From a virus (lineage: Duplodnaviria > Caudoviricetes): 64,000 bases of DNA. The stretch is taken from IMG/VR virus record IMGVR_UViG_3300033475_000011, positions 16,752 to 80,751 of that record; one strand, 5' to 3'. Each line of letters begins with the position of its first letter. Within the stretch, counting starts at the first letter, position 1. This document shows positions 44,376-53,785 of the stretch, in pieces. The position numbers and the translations under genes are program-made. The notes under the pieces were generated by a model. The model had not been told where the DNA came from. It saw only the letters and a list, made by a program, of their open reading frames with translations, and did no database searches.

Positions 44376-44603
44376 ATGACGGGAACCAACGGAGACCAAC
44401 GCACCGCCATCGATGGCGACGCCCCGGACCGTCTCGCCTACCGGCTCAAGGAAGTCGCCACCCTCCTCGGTGTCTCGATCTGGACCGTCCGGACGCTCAT
44501 CGACAACGGGCAGCTCAAGCACCGCAAAGCGGGCAAATACAACATCGTGTCCCGCAGCGAGATCGAACGCTACTTGGCCGCGGACGAGAAGCAGTCCGCC
44601 TGA
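44376..44603 (+). CDS. Cro/excisionase-like HTH_17 protein (leaderless)
   Basis: YRLKEVATLLGVSIWTVRTLIDNGQL..IVSRSEIERYL. Confidence 0.85.
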   Translation: MTGTNGDQRTAIDGDAPDRLAYRLKEVATLLGVSIWTVRTLIDNGQLKHRKAGKYNIVSRSEIERYLAADEKQSA

Positions 44604-44672
44604 CAGAAGAGCGGGCCGAGTGCTGCAACACCCGACCCGCAGAACCCCACAACGAGACCTTAGGAGACTCTC

Positions 44673-45014
44673 GTGGAGCAACCCATGCTATCCGACTTCT
44701 CATCATTCCACTGGAACGGCGCCGAACTCCACGCCTGGAACCAGGGGGACATCGCCGCCCTGGAAGGCGCGGGACGCGGCTCAAACCCCTACAAGTCTGG
44801 CCCACTGTTCGACGCGTGGGACCAGGGCTTCCTGGGATTCCCGTTGGCGTCGCCGGGCCGGCATGACGTGGATGTGATGGACGGCGCGACCCTGCGCACT
44901 GTGCCGTCTCTGCGTGCCGAGTTTGGCGCGCATGGCTGGTCGACGGGTCAGGGTCTGCACCGGAACCGCGAGTGCGACGCCAACACCGGGCAGGAAGCGC
45001 AGGTGGCGGCGTGA
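44673..45014 (+). CDS. hypothetical protein
   Basis: TAGGAG SD. Confidence 0.6.
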   Translation: MEQPMLSDFSSFHWNGAELHAWNQGDIAALEGAGRGSNPYKSGPLFDAWDQGFLGFPLASPGRHDVDVMDGATLRTVPSLRAEFGAHGWSTGQGLHRNRECDANTGQEAQVAA

Positions 45015-45211
45015 TCCAGGACGAGGCCGAGCGGATCCGCATCGCTCTCGCCGATGCCCTCGGCGCCCCCCACACCCTGACCATCGACGAACTCGTCGAC
45101 TGGGCACGAGAGCTCCGCAGCGAGTTCAGCGCTGTCACTGCCCGCTACGGAAGGCAGCATCGCCACGTCGTTGACGTGCATCTGCCCGACAACACGGGCG
45201 AGGTGGCGTGA
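45011..45211 (+). CDS. hypothetical protein
   Basis: GTGA coupling. Confidence 0.6.
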   Translation: MIQDEAERIRIALADALGAPHTLTIDELVDWARELRSEFSAVTARYGRQHRHVVDVHLPDNTGEVA

Positions 45212-45435
45212 TGAGCAAGGCACGCATCAGCCATGAGGACCTGGAGCTGGCCGTGAAGGCCCTGGCCGAGGCCCGTGACAAGGAGCTGACTTCCGCGAAG
45301 AAATTCCCGCAGTCGGCTTACTGCTGGGAGGCGCGAGCGGAAGGGCTGCGGCTCGCCATCGCGCTCCTCCACAGACGGAGCCATGGCGCCTACGGCCAGT
45401 CCCTCGAAGAGCAGGACGCGGAGGCCGGCAAGTGA
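45208..45435 (+). CDS. hypothetical protein
   Basis: Coupled ORF. Confidence 0.6.
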   Translation: MMSKARISHEDLELAVKALAEARDKELTSAKKFPQSAYCWEARAEGLRLAIALLHRRSHGAYGQSLEEQDAEAGK

Positions 45436-45713
45436 TGCCTACTGCTGTCGAGTCGAAGCCCACCGAGGCGGGCGATGTCATCTCGGACATTTGGGATGGC
45501 GCGAAGACCGGTGGAGCACTGTTGGCCGGCGCGTTCGTGGCGGTTGTCTTCGGACTGAATGCCGTCAACATCGCCGATGGGCTTTTCCCGCATCTGCGGG
45601 GCGGGGCACAGTTGACGGTGCAGTCCACTGCCGCCGTGGCGGGGATGCTCTTCGCAGCTCTTCTGCTGTGGGGTATCTCCCGCCTGGCTCGGGTCCCGGT
45701 GGTGCAGCGATGA
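45432..45713 (+). CDS. Two-TM membrane protein
   Basis: Two hydrophobic helices. Confidence 0.6.
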   Translation: MMPTAVESKPTEAGDVISDIWDGAKTGGALLAGAFVAVVFGLNAVNIADGLFPHLRGGAQLTVQSTAAVAGMLFAALLLWGISRLARVPVVQR

Positions 45714-46126
45714 CCACCGTGCAACGCAAACTCCCGTACCGCAGGGTCAACAACAGTGAGTCCCGGACCGAGGTAGCCGAGTTTCGCTACAGCAAACAGC
45801 TCCCGTTCGAGGTGCATTTGACCTTCCCGGGGGCGATGGTCGGCACGGTCACGACATGGGTGATGTCGAGGGAACTTCTCATCGAGGGCACCCTTCAGCG
45901 CACTGCGGATCCGGATGCCGGTGATGTGCTGGTGCGTGCAGTGGATGACCCGCAGGCTGTGGAGATCACGTTACGTCCCCCGGGCTTGATGACTGTGCTG
46001 CTGTTCGAGTGGGAACCGTTTACGCAGGCGCTTGCAGAGTCCTGTCGCCTTGTGGGCTACGGCGAGGAAGCGGCCGTGTTTGACGTGGACATGTGGCTTG
46101 CTGGTGAGTTCCCGGGGGTGGCGTGA
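45710..46126 (+). CDS. SsgA-like protein (SALP)
   Basis: FRY..PFEV.L.F..W.MSRELL..G..GDV.V..VEI.L.PPG..L..L.E..LV.YGEE..DVD.WL pattern; TTA codon at 45971. Confidence 0.8.
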   Translation: MTTVQRKLPYRRVNNSESRTEVAEFRYSKQLPFEVHLTFPGAMVGTVTTWVMSRELLIEGTLQRTADPDAGDVLVRAVDDPQAVEITLRPPGLMTVLLFEWEPFTQALAESCRLVGYGEEAAVFDVDMWLAGEFPGVA

Positions 46127-46374
46127 TGCGTCCCTTGGTTGTTGTTGTCGCGGCCTCTGTGGCTGCTGCCGCTGTCGCTGCTGCTGGTGCGCTGTTTCTG
46201 CCTGCGGGGCTCGAGGCTGTGCCGGTTGGGTGGCGTGTGGTGCTCATCCTCATCGCCCTCTACCTCCTGGCACGGGTGGTGTGGATGCTCATCACCGCTG
46301 CCCCCTACCTGCCCTTGGCCGTGTTTGAGGCGAACCCGGGCCGGCATCGGGCGGTGGCGTCATGCCCGCAGTGA
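46123..46374 (+). CDS. Membrane protein
   Basis: Two hydrophobic segments. Confidence 0.55.
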   Translation: MMRPLVVVVAASVAAAAVAAAGALFLPAGLEAVPVGWRVVLILIALYLLARVVWMLITAAPYLPLAVFEANPGRHRAVASCPQ

Positions 46375-46583
46375 AGCGCAGGCCGATCACGACCCGGCAG
46401 CGGCAAGTCCTCATCCTGCTGTCCGAGGGGCTGTCTTCGGCTGGAATCGGGCGACGGTTGGGGATCTCGGAGGAGACCGTGGCGATGCACCTTCGTCTGG
46501 CTTATGCACGGTTGGGGGCGCGGGGTGGTGCGCATGCGGTGCGGATCTGTTTCGAGCGCGGGATTTTCGAGGTGACGCGATGA
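46371..46583 (+). CDS. LuxR/GerE-type HTH regulator
   Basis: TTRQRQVLILLSEGLSSAGIGRRLGISEETV..HL..AYARLGAR. Confidence 0.85.
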   Translation: MKRRPITTRQRQVLILLSEGLSSAGIGRRLGISEETVAMHLRLAYARLGARGGAHAVRICFERGIFEVTR

Positions 46584-46777
46584 TGCCGCGTCAGTTGCCG
46601 GTGCAGGTCGCCACGATCCGCGAGTTCTGCCCCGTGTGCAGCGAGTCGAAGACTCCTAGCCAGGTGCTGGCAGCGGTGCCCGGTGGTGACGCGTGGGTGC
46701 TGGTGCCCTGCCCGCACTGCACCAACCCGTTTCCGCTCCTGGCTGTTGTGGAGGGGCATCGTGAAAAGGCTTCGTAG
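46580..46777 (+). CDS. Zn-ribbon mini-protein
   Basis: CPVC..CPHC. Confidence 0.55.
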   Translation: MMPRQLPVQVATIREFCPVCSESKTPSQVLAAVPGGDAWVLVPCPHCTNPFPLLAVVEGHREKAS

Positions 46778-46940
46778 GGCCGCCGTGATTGCTGCAGTGG
46801 GCGGGTTCCTCTTCGGCTCCCGTATCGCCGACTGGCTCCGGTGGCTCACCGACTCCTACCCGACCGAACAGACAGCTTGGACCGAGGCGGATCAAGACGC
46901 CTACGACCAGCACTACCAGAACACGAGGAAGACCAAGTGA
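46761..46940 (+). CDS. small membrane protein
   Basis: N-terminal hydrophobic segment. Confidence 0.5.
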   Translation: MKRLRRAAVIAAVGGFLFGSRIADWLRWLTDSYPTEQTAWTEADQDAYDQHYQNTRKTK

Positions 46941-47686
46941 ACCCGCGTTATGACATCAATGGGGTTATGTGGGTCGACGCGGAACCCGTGCGGAAGCATG
47001 TCCGTGCACTCATGGCCAGCGGCCTCGGGTGGCAGCGGATAGCGACGAAGGCCGGTGTCCCTCAATCCACGCTGAGGGCTCTCCTGTACGGCGGCCCGAA
47101 ACCCCGGCAGTACACGCACATCATGACCGCGAAACGACTGCTCGCCCTGTCTGTGACTCTCAATGACTTTGCGGGTCGCGCCCAGGTTGATGGGACGATC
47201 ACGCGTCGGAAACTGGAAGCGTTGATCGCGATCGGCTGGTCGGCACAGAAGATCGGGGCGATGTTGGGGATTCGTCGCCAGCACGTCAAGTTGATGTTGA
47301 TACGGCCCACGGTTTCGGCACATCGGGCGCGGGCAGTGCGTGACCTGTTCGAGAAGATGTGGAACACCCCTCCCGCCCGGTTGACTGTCGAGGACAAGCG
47401 TTCGTACACCTCCACGATCAGGCTGGCAGAGGCCAAGGGGTATCGGCGGCCCATGGATTGGGTTGATATCGATGACCTGGATGAGCAGCCCGTTGACGAG
47501 GTCGATGACTACATCGATGAGGTCGCGGTGCGGCGGGTGGTTGATGGTGGGGATCCGTCGATCCTGACCGCTACGGAGCGGCTAGCGGCTGCTCTGGTCT
47601 TGATGCGCGTGAAGGGCTACAGCCCTAACGGTGCGGCCCGGCGGCTTCGTATGTCGTACAAGAAGGTGCTGGAGCTGGCGGCATGA
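46937..47686 (+). CDS. Multi-HTH DNA-binding protein
   Basis: VDAEPVRKHVRAL..GWQRIATKAGV; RRKLEALIAIGWSAQKIG. Confidence 0.7.
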   Translation: MNPRYDINGVMWVDAEPVRKHVRALMASGLGWQRIATKAGVPQSTLRALLYGGPKPRQYTHIMTAKRLLALSVTLNDFAGRAQVDGTITRRKLEALIAIGWSAQKIGAMLGIRRQHVKLMLIRPTVSAHRARAVRDLFEKMWNTPPARLTVEDKRSYTSTIRLAEAKGYRRPMDWVDIDDLDEQPVDEVDDYIDEVAVRRVVDGGDPSILTATERLAAALVLMRVKGYSPNGAARRLRMSYKKVLELAA

Positions 47687-48039
47687 GCGAGGTCTTGAAT
47701 CCGGTTGATCTGGAGCAGCAGATCATCGCGGTGAAGAACAGTTGTCACCAGGGCGTGAGGGTGTTCACCGAGAAGCATCGCGCTCTGCTTGAGGCTGAAA
47801 CCGCTTTCGAGCATGCCCGCTCTCAGGCGTTCCTGGCGCATGACGGGCCGCAGACAGAGAAGCGCCACGCAGCTGAGCTGGGTGCTGCCGGCGAGCGGAA
47901 GGCGATGGACTTCGCCCGGGTGGAGTTCGAATACACCAAGCGGAAGCTCGAGGTGTACATGGCCGAGCTGTCCGCCCTTCAAAACTTGAACCGTGGGGTG
48001 CGAACCATGTTTAACGCTGAGCGGGGGTATGGGTCATGA
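47683..48039 (+). CDS. hypothetical coiled-coil protein
   Basis: ATGA coupling. Confidence 0.65.
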   Translation: MSEVLNPVDLEQQIIAVKNSCHQGVRVFTEKHRALLEAETAFEHARSQAFLAHDGPQTEKRHAAELGAAGERKAMDFARVEFEYTKRKLEVYMAELSALQNLNRGVRTMFNAERGYGS

Positions 48040-48209
48040 CGGAGAAGTCTTGTCCCAACCCGGAGCTTCCCCGCTTCTTCGGGCTCGCGGGAGCCATTGA
48101 ACGGCGCCGTCAGAAGGATCTTGATTCCACGCATGTGGTGGTGGAGTGCGAGTGCCGCGGCTGGCATGTCGTGCCCGTGGCCACGATCCCTGAGCGCGGT
48201 GCGGCATGA
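48036..48209 (+). CDS. 57-aa hypothetical protein
   Basis: Coupled at both ends. Confidence 0.5.
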   Translation: MTEKSCPNPELPRFFGLAGAIERRRQKDLDSTHVVVECECRGWHVVPVATIPERGAA

Positions 48210-48697
48210 GGTGGCTCCGACGCATGCTCGGGTTCGGCGACGTGCTCACCGAGCTTCACGACATGACCGCCCGGTATCTCCACGCGTGCGACCAGGAAGC
48301 CGCCGCCTACCGGCACGCCGCGGCCGTCGAGAAAGCCATGGACGAGGTGCGGGCCCGAGAGGCCAGCACCAGGAAACTGTTCACCGACCTGATTGAGCCG
48401 CCGACTGTGGGCGAGTGCATCAAGGTGCGGTTGCGTAGCCGCAACGAGGCGGATGCGTTCGCGCGTCGGGTTGAGCGCGAGTCTGGGGCACCGGTGGGGG
48501 CTTTGGAGGCGGTGCAGTGTCGCCGCTGTCCCCGGCAGCCTGTGACGACGGAAAAGTTTTGGCATATCCGGCATGTGCGTCCGTCGCAGCGGAATCTTCA
48601 TGGGTCGCAGTATGCGCATTCGCGGCCGCGGGAACTTGGGCGTATCTCGCCGGCGGATATGGCGAAGCTGAAGGCCCGGTTTGGGGGTGTGTCGTGA
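48206..48697 (+). CDS. hypothetical protein
   Basis: Coupled; CRRC..WH. Confidence 0.6.
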   Translation: MRWLRRMLGFGDVLTELHDMTARYLHACDQEAAAYRHAAAVEKAMDEVRAREASTRKLFTDLIEPPTVGECIKVRLRSRNEADAFARRVERESGAPVGALEAVQCRRCPRQPVTTEKFWHIRHVRPSQRNLHGSQYAHSRPRELGRISPADMAKLKARFGGVS

Positions 48698-48876
48698 AGC
48701 CTGAGCCCACGTTCACGCTCACCCGTTGGATGTGCATCCTCGCCGTCACCTGCCTCGCAGTGAGCGCGCTCTTCATCGCCATTCCCTACGGGCAGAACGG
48801 TTGGATCATGCACCACAGCATCCAACACGCACCGACCGGTCAGGTTGTTGCCTGTCGCGGCGACTGCAGCCGCTAA
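48694..48876 (+). CDS. small membrane protein
   Basis: GTGA coupling; one TM helix. Confidence 0.5.
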   Translation: MKPEPTFTLTRWMCILAVTCLAVSALFIAIPYGQNGWIMHHSIQHAPTGQVVACRGDCSR

Positions 48877-48904
48877 CCCCCAAGACCACCAAGGGAGACG
48901 ATGG

Positions 48905-49336
48905 ATGAGCGAGATCGAACTCAACGAGATGGATGCCCGCAACCGGGCGTACGACGCCGTGTTCGCTGAGATCCGGAAGAACCAAAGCGCGGTCGAGCTG
49001 AATGCCGCGATCTGGCGGCATGTGCATGTCGCGCTCGATGCTGCTCTTGGACCGGTAGACGGTGAGGTCGAGGCGGCGATAGAGCGGCTGGTCCGGGAGC
49101 GGGATGAGGCGCGGGAGACGCTGCGTCTGGTGCGGCGAAGCGCATTGGCTGAGATGTCGGCTGACGGCCTGGACATCCCGGTGATGGTGTGCATGACGCA
49201 CGGCCGTTTCGTCCCTTGTCGCCGTGACGAGCCGCACCGGAAATCTACTGACCTGGCGGATGTGGCCCGGGTGCGGGCCTACCAGAACGGTGATGTGCCG
49301 ACCTGGACTGAGCCAGGCCACGAGGAGGAAGCGTGA
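48905..49336 (+). CDS. hypothetical protein
   Basis: GGGAG SD; CMTHGRFVPC. Confidence 0.6.
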   Translation: MSEIELNEMDARNRAYDAVFAEIRKNQSAVELNAAIWRHVHVALDAALGPVDGEVEAAIERLVRERDEARETLRLVRRSALAEMSADGLDIPVMVCMTHGRFVPCRRDEPHRKSTDLADVARVRAYQNGDVPTWTEPGHEEEA

Positions 49337-49530
49337 GCGACACTCGAACTCCTCTGGAAACGAAGGCGCTCGAGCTGCTGGTGTGCCTTGTTGATTCTGA
49401 CGACTGCTGGTTTGACCACCACGGAGGTTGTCAGGCGCATGGGTATCTGAGCTTGGCGCCTGGCGAGATCTGCCCGGTCCGTGAAACGAAGGACCTACTT
49501 GACGAGCACGGTGTGGAGTGGCGGTCGTGA
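49333..49530 (+). CDS. Cys/His mini-protein (paralog of 63018..63206)
   Basis: CWFDHHGGCQAHG. Confidence 0.65.
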   Translation: MSDTRTPLETKALELLVCLVDSDDCWFDHHGGCQAHGYLSLAPGEICPVRETKDLLDEHGVEWRS

Positions 49531-50015
49531 AGCGGAAGCCTCTTCAGCGCCGTACTGGCCTGAAGACCAACACCCCGCTCCGGGCGTCGAAGCCGATGCG
49601 GCGGGATGCGGCAGTGCCGGGCAAGTCCCCTGTGAACCCGGTCAAGCCGAAGTCGCGGAAGCGGGAGCCTGGAGAGGTCAGGGCGCGGGCTGTGGTGCGG
49701 GCACGCTCCGGTGGCATGTGTGAGATCGCCATCCCCGGTGTGTGCCTCGGGCGCGCCACGAACTACTCCCACCGCGTGAATGCTTCGCAGGGCGGGGAGT
49801 ACGCGGCGGCGTCAGCCCTGGATGCGTGTGGGAGTGGGGTTACAGGCTGTCATGGGTGGCTCCACGCGAACCCTGCGGGGGCCTACGCCAACGGCTGGCT
49901 GGTGAAGTCCTGGGACGACCCGCTGGCTCGTCCTGTGGTGAGGCGCGGCCAATGGGTCGTGTTGGACAACGAAGGCGGGTACACGCCCGCCCTGGATAGT
50001 CGGGGAGCAGCGTAA
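49527..50015 (+). CDS. HNH-family nuclease
   Basis: RSGGMCE..C..ATNYSHR..GG..CGSGVTGCHGWLH..GWLV. Confidence 0.7.
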   Translation: MKRKPLQRRTGLKTNTPLRASKPMRRDAAVPGKSPVNPVKPKSRKREPGEVRARAVVRARSGGMCEIAIPGVCLGRATNYSHRVNASQGGEYAAASALDACGSGVTGCHGWLHANPAGAYANGWLVKSWDDPLARPVVRRGQWVVLDNEGGYTPALDSRGAA

Positions 50016-50341
50016 TGGGGGCAGTGGAAGAGGCGAAAGCGGAGCGGGAAGCCTGCCCGGTCCTGGCGGGTTGCCCCAAGGCCGTGGCGAAACAGGGCAA
50101 GCGGGACGCCCGGCAACTCGCCACGGACGTGCGGGAGATCGACCCTGCCCAGGTGTGGGGCCGTATGGCGACGTGGCACCGCAACGAACCGGAACGCCTG
50201 TTCATGGCGCTGGTTGTCCTCGCGGTGCTCGTCCCGGTAGAGGCTGAGGTGCCGACGTGGGTGACCAAGTTGGATGGCGGGTTGGCAGCGCTCCTGCCGC
50301 CGGCGCCGCGTATCCCCAGCCAGACAAGGGGTGCGGCGTGA
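50015..50341 (+). CDS. hypothetical protein
   Basis: LATDVREIDPAQVWGR..ALVVLAVLVP. Confidence 0.6.
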   Translation: MGAVEEAKAEREACPVLAGCPKAVAKQGKRDARQLATDVREIDPAQVWGRMATWHRNEPERLFMALVVLAVLVPVEAEVPTWVTKLDGGLAALLPPAPRIPSQTRGAA

Positions 50342-50754
50342 TGCACCTCGAGGACTTGTTGCGGGCACTGTCCGAGCCTGAAGCGTCATGGCAGGACAGC
50401 GCCCTGTGTGCCCAAACCGATCCGGACGCGTGGTTCCCGGATAAGGGCGGGTCGACCCGTAGCGCCATGGCCACCTGCAAAGCATGCGAGGTGCGGTCGG
50501 AGTGCCTGGAGTACGCGCTCAAGCACGACGAGATGTACGGGATTTGGGGTGGGGTGCCGGAGCGGGAACGCCAGAGGATCCGGGCCCAACGCAACCGTGA
50601 GGCCGGGGCGCTCCGCAAAGCGGACACGCGGGCTCGGGATGCCGAGATCGCCCAGCTCGATGTGGAGGGGGCTCCGGCGTGGCAGGTGGCGGAGCAGGTG
50701 GGGGTGTCGCCGCGGACTGTGGTGCGGTCCCGGCGCCGCCGCGAAGCGGCATGA
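50341..50754 (+). CDS. whiB: WhiB-family Fe-S transcription factor with C-terminal HTH
   Basis: WQDSALCAQTDPDAWFP..CKACEVRSECLEYAL..GIWGG. Confidence 0.92.
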   Translation: MHLEDLLRALSEPEASWQDSALCAQTDPDAWFPDKGGSTRSAMATCKACEVRSECLEYALKHDEMYGIWGGVPERERQRIRAQRNREAGALRKADTRARDAEIAQLDVEGAPAWQVAEQVGVSPRTVVRSRRRREAA

Positions 50755-50772
50755 TCGAAAGAGGGACGAGAC

Positions 50773-51024
50773 ATGGACGACAGAGTGCCGGACCTGGGTG
50801 ACGCGATCGCGGACCACCTGCAACGGGAGGGAGAGATCCCTCCCGGCGGGCAAGCGGTCGAGATCAGCTACATCATTATGGCGAAGGTACGGGTGCTGCA
50901 CGACGACGGCAGGATTGTGCCGACGTATCGACCGATCGTTTCACGCAGCATCGAGCCCGACTCGTATGAGGGGCTTGCCGCAAGGCTGATGGATGAGGCA
51001 GTCAAGGCCCGCAGTTGGGGTTAG
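50773..51024 (+). CDS. hypothetical protein
   Basis: GAGGGA SD. Confidence 0.55.
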   Translation: MDDRVPDLGDAIADHLQREGEIPPGGQAVEISYIIMAKVRVLHDDGRIVPTYRPIVSRSIEPDSYEGLAARLMDEAVKARSWG

Positions 51025-51509
51025 ATGCGGCTACGGGTGCCGTCTCCTGGCCGGTCGGAGAACACCGGTCGCTGGTCGCTTCCGGTGTCGGCGAAGTCAC
51101 CGGATGCGTGCGGATCCAACATCAACCGGATGATCCACTCCAAGGCGCGTTGTTGGGTGCGGGTGAGCCGCGACCAGTTCTCCATCAGCCCGGACGGGGG
51201 CAGCTTCAGAGGTTCGTCGGTGGGTTCGGGCTCGGGGTCGTAGCCAGCTAGTTGCAGGGCCTCGGCCCGATCCCAGCCCAGACCCTTGGCGACTGATATG
51301 ACGAAAGTGCGGGATGGGGGTGCTTCTTTGAAGTGCTCCACCCCGCCAGTGTCTTTGCCTAGGGATTCGTAGCCTTGCTCAACCTGGCCCCACCTTGAGC
51401 GTCCTACTCCACAGACGAGGGCGGCTTTGGCTTGGGACAGGCCGGCTTGTCGGCGGCGGCGTTCCATCTCGATGCCGAATGGTGTCTGTGGGGGTTTGTC
51501 CTCAGGCAT
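51021..51509 (-). CDS. XRE-family regulator A
   Basis: FGIEMERRRRQAGLSQAKAA..GVGRSRWGQVEQG. Confidence 0.8.
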   Translation of the reverse strand: MPEDKPPQTPFGIEMERRRRQAGLSQAKAALVCGVGRSRWGQVEQGYESLGKDTGGVEHFKEAPPSRTFVISVAKGLGWDRAEALQLAGYDPEPEPTDEPLKLPPSGLMENWSRLTRTQQRALEWIIRLMLDPHASGDFADTGSDQRPVFSDRPGDGTRSRI

Positions 51510-51525
51510 GTGGACAGTGTGGCTT

Positions 51526-51623
51526 ACTAGCTGTGGTGACGCTACCTACAGTGCGTCAGAGTGACGTGGCGACGCCACTAGCGGGCGATACTAGTTGCAC
51601 TAGCCCATGCTAGGGAGTAGCCT
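51526..51623. promoter_or_regulatory. Divergent promoter region with five CTAG-core motifs
   Basis: ACTAG at 51526, 51577, 51590 and 51599, GCTAG at 51609; TTGCAC-N17-TAGCCT ahead of leaderless ATG 51630. Confidence 0.7.
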
Positions 51624-51629
51624 GGTGGC

Positions 51630-52091
51630 ATGATCCCAGCGAACAGCCAGGAGGTCACCGGCGAGCGGGGCGCCTTCGGTCAAGGCATGCGTGACCGCCG
51701 CCTCTACCTCGGTCTCTCCATCGAGCTCGCCTCCACCCTCTCCGGAATCTCACGTGCCCGCTGGTCCCAGCTCGAACTCGGCTACGAGGTCATCGGCCGA
51801 GACCAGAACGGGGTCGTGCACCGCAAGCAGGCCAAGCCCAGTCCCCCCACCGTGCGGAAGATCGCACACGTCCTTCAGTGGCCCACCATCGAGGCTTTCG
51901 CAGCCGCCGGTATCGACCCCGACGATGAACCGCCACCGGCTATTGAGGCCGATGACCGTGACCGCAAGGCCGTCATCCTCGAACTCGTGAACGACATGCC
52001 ACCCGTGGTTCAGGACGGGCTGGTGAAGTTCATCCGGGCAATGAAGTACCCGCACGGGGTTGAGGTCCCTGACATGCGAGCCGCCTCCTAA
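51630..52091 (+). CDS. XRE-family regulator B (paralog of A)
   Basis: FGQGMRDRRLYLGLS..SGISRARWSQLELG. Confidence 0.8.
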   Translation: MIPANSQEVTGERGAFGQGMRDRRLYLGLSIELASTLSGISRARWSQLELGYEVIGRDQNGVVHRKQAKPSPPTVRKIAHVLQWPTIEAFAAAGIDPDDEPPPAIEADDRDRKAVILELVNDMPPVVQDGLVKFIRAMKYPHGVEVPDMRAAS

Positions 52092-52188
52092 CCACCTGTA
52101 ACCAGCCGTATCCCGCATCCGGGTTACGGCTACGAGTCATCCCCAAAAACCATCCACAACACCATCACGCAGGGGAGCAGTAACCGAA

Positions 52189-53256
52189 ATGGCATTGAAG
52201 ACGAGGCGCCCGACCGGGGCGGTGCCGTGGCCCGTCATCCTGGTCGAAGGGGGCGAGAAATCCGGAAAATCCTTTGGCGCGGCCCAGTTCTCCGCCTCCG
52301 AGCGGGTCGGGCAAACCTACTGGATCGACATCGCTGAGGGCGCGGCCGACGAGTACGGCGCCATCCCTGGCGCCCGCTACCTCGTGGTCGAGCATGACGG
52401 CACCTTCCACTCCATCTACACCGCAGTCGAGGAGGTCAAGGCCGAAGCGCAGAAGGCCGCCGAAGTCGGTGATCCCCCAGTTGTGCTGGTGATCGACTCG
52501 ATGACCGCCGAGTGGGACCTACTGAAGGACATGGCGGCTCTCCGGGCCCGCAAGTCACCGGCCAACCAGAAGCGCCTCGCCGCCGATCCCGGAGCGGAGG
52601 TGAAGGTGCCGATGAACGTGTGGAACGAGGTTGGCGCGAAGCACCGCCGCCTGATGACCACACTCCTCACGTTCCCGGGGATTGTCGTTCTGATTGCCCG
52701 AGGCAAGGACGTGGCCGCACTCGACGACTCCGGGAAACCGATCGAAGGGTCGAAGGAGTACAAGGTCGAGGGCCACAAAACCCTGGCGTTCGACTCCTCC
52801 GCATGGGTGCGCCTGTCCCGCGACCACGCCCCCATGGTGATCGGGTTGCGTTCGGTGCACGCCGGGATGCGGCCGGGTGTGGACAAGCCGAAGCCGGCCC
52901 CGCAGTTCACGCTGGAGTGGCTGGTGTTCGACGTGCTCAAGTGCGACCCGTCGAAGGCACATGTTCGGGACCTGAAGGACGCCTCCGAGGCCCCGGAGCC
53001 CGAGTCCGGCGAGGAACTGTCGGCGCAGCGGGAACTGCTCCAGGTCAAGCATGAGGTCGCCGAGGCTGCGCAGGCGATCGGCTGGGACAAGGACAAGTTC
53101 ATGGCTGCGTATGCGGAGGAGCATGACGGGGCGAACATCTCGAACGCCACAGTGGAGGATCTTCGTGGGTTCCGGGACTTCCTGAAACTGTGTGCCCAGC
53201 AGCCTGCCGAGCCTGCCGAGAAGCCTGCTTTGGCTCCTGTGAGGGACGCAGCATGA
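52189..53256 (+). CDS. AAA ATPase (Sak4/RecA-like recombination protein)
   Basis: GGEKSGKS Walker A; VLVIDS Walker B. Confidence 0.75.
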   Translation: MALKTRRPTGAVPWPVILVEGGEKSGKSFGAAQFSASERVGQTYWIDIAEGAADEYGAIPGARYLVVEHDGTFHSIYTAVEEVKAEAQKAAEVGDPPVVLVIDSMTAEWDLLKDMAALRARKSPANQKRLAADPGAEVKVPMNVWNEVGAKHRRLMTTLLTFPGIVVLIARGKDVAALDDSGKPIEGSKEYKVEGHKTLAFDSSAWVRLSRDHAPMVIGLRSVHAGMRPGVDKPKPAPQFTLEWLVFDVLKCDPSKAHVRDLKDASEAPEPESGEELSAQRELLQVKHEVAEAAQAIGWDKDKFMAAYAEEHDGANISNATVEDLRGFRDFLKLCAQQPAEPAEKPALAPVRDAA

Positions 53257-53600
53257 ACGACAAGCCACACGTCTTGCACGTCAGTGAGGACTTCGAGCCC
53301 GATTTCCGTGCCGCCTCGTTCGACCTGGAACACCACCCGGACTGCCCGACCGAGCACTTCGAGTTCGGCGAGTATTCCGGAATCAGCTACCTGTGCTTGG
53401 TTGGCCGGTTCGTCTACGAGGAAGGAATCGACACCTTCTTCCGTCACGTCGCGGATACCTCGGAAGACGACGGAAAGGAAACGCTGGCCCCAGGAACGCA
53501 CCAGATCGAGCCGTGGGAGAACACGTGGCGCAACTATGCGGGCGGGTTGGAGTGGGAGGGCGGTCTTTGCGTCGCCAAACCTGAAGCTGGTGCGGCGTGA
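53253..53600 (+). CDS. hypothetical acidic protein
   Basis: ATGA coupling. Confidence 0.6.
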   Translation: MNDKPHVLHVSEDFEPDFRAASFDLEHHPDCPTEHFEFGEYSGISYLCLVGRFVYEEGIDTFFRHVADTSEDDGKETLAPGTHQIEPWENTWRNYAGGLEWEGGLCVAKPEAGAA

Positions 53601-53785
53601 GCGGGCCGACGTTCCTCGTCGAGTGGCGGGATGGCGACAGCGACCCCGAAGGCGACGACCTTCACTCCCTCGAACACGGCACCCCGGCCGATGTGCTAGG
53701 CATCCTCGCCGCCGTCATGGACGGCAACGCCTGGGATGTGTCGATCCTCCAGAACGAGACCGAAGACACGGAGAAAGCAACATGA
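53597..53785 (+). CDS. hypothetical protein
   Basis: Coupled. Confidence 0.55.
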   Translation: MSGPTFLVEWRDGDSDPEGDDLHSLEHGTPADVLGILAAVMDGNAWDVSILQNETEDTEKAT

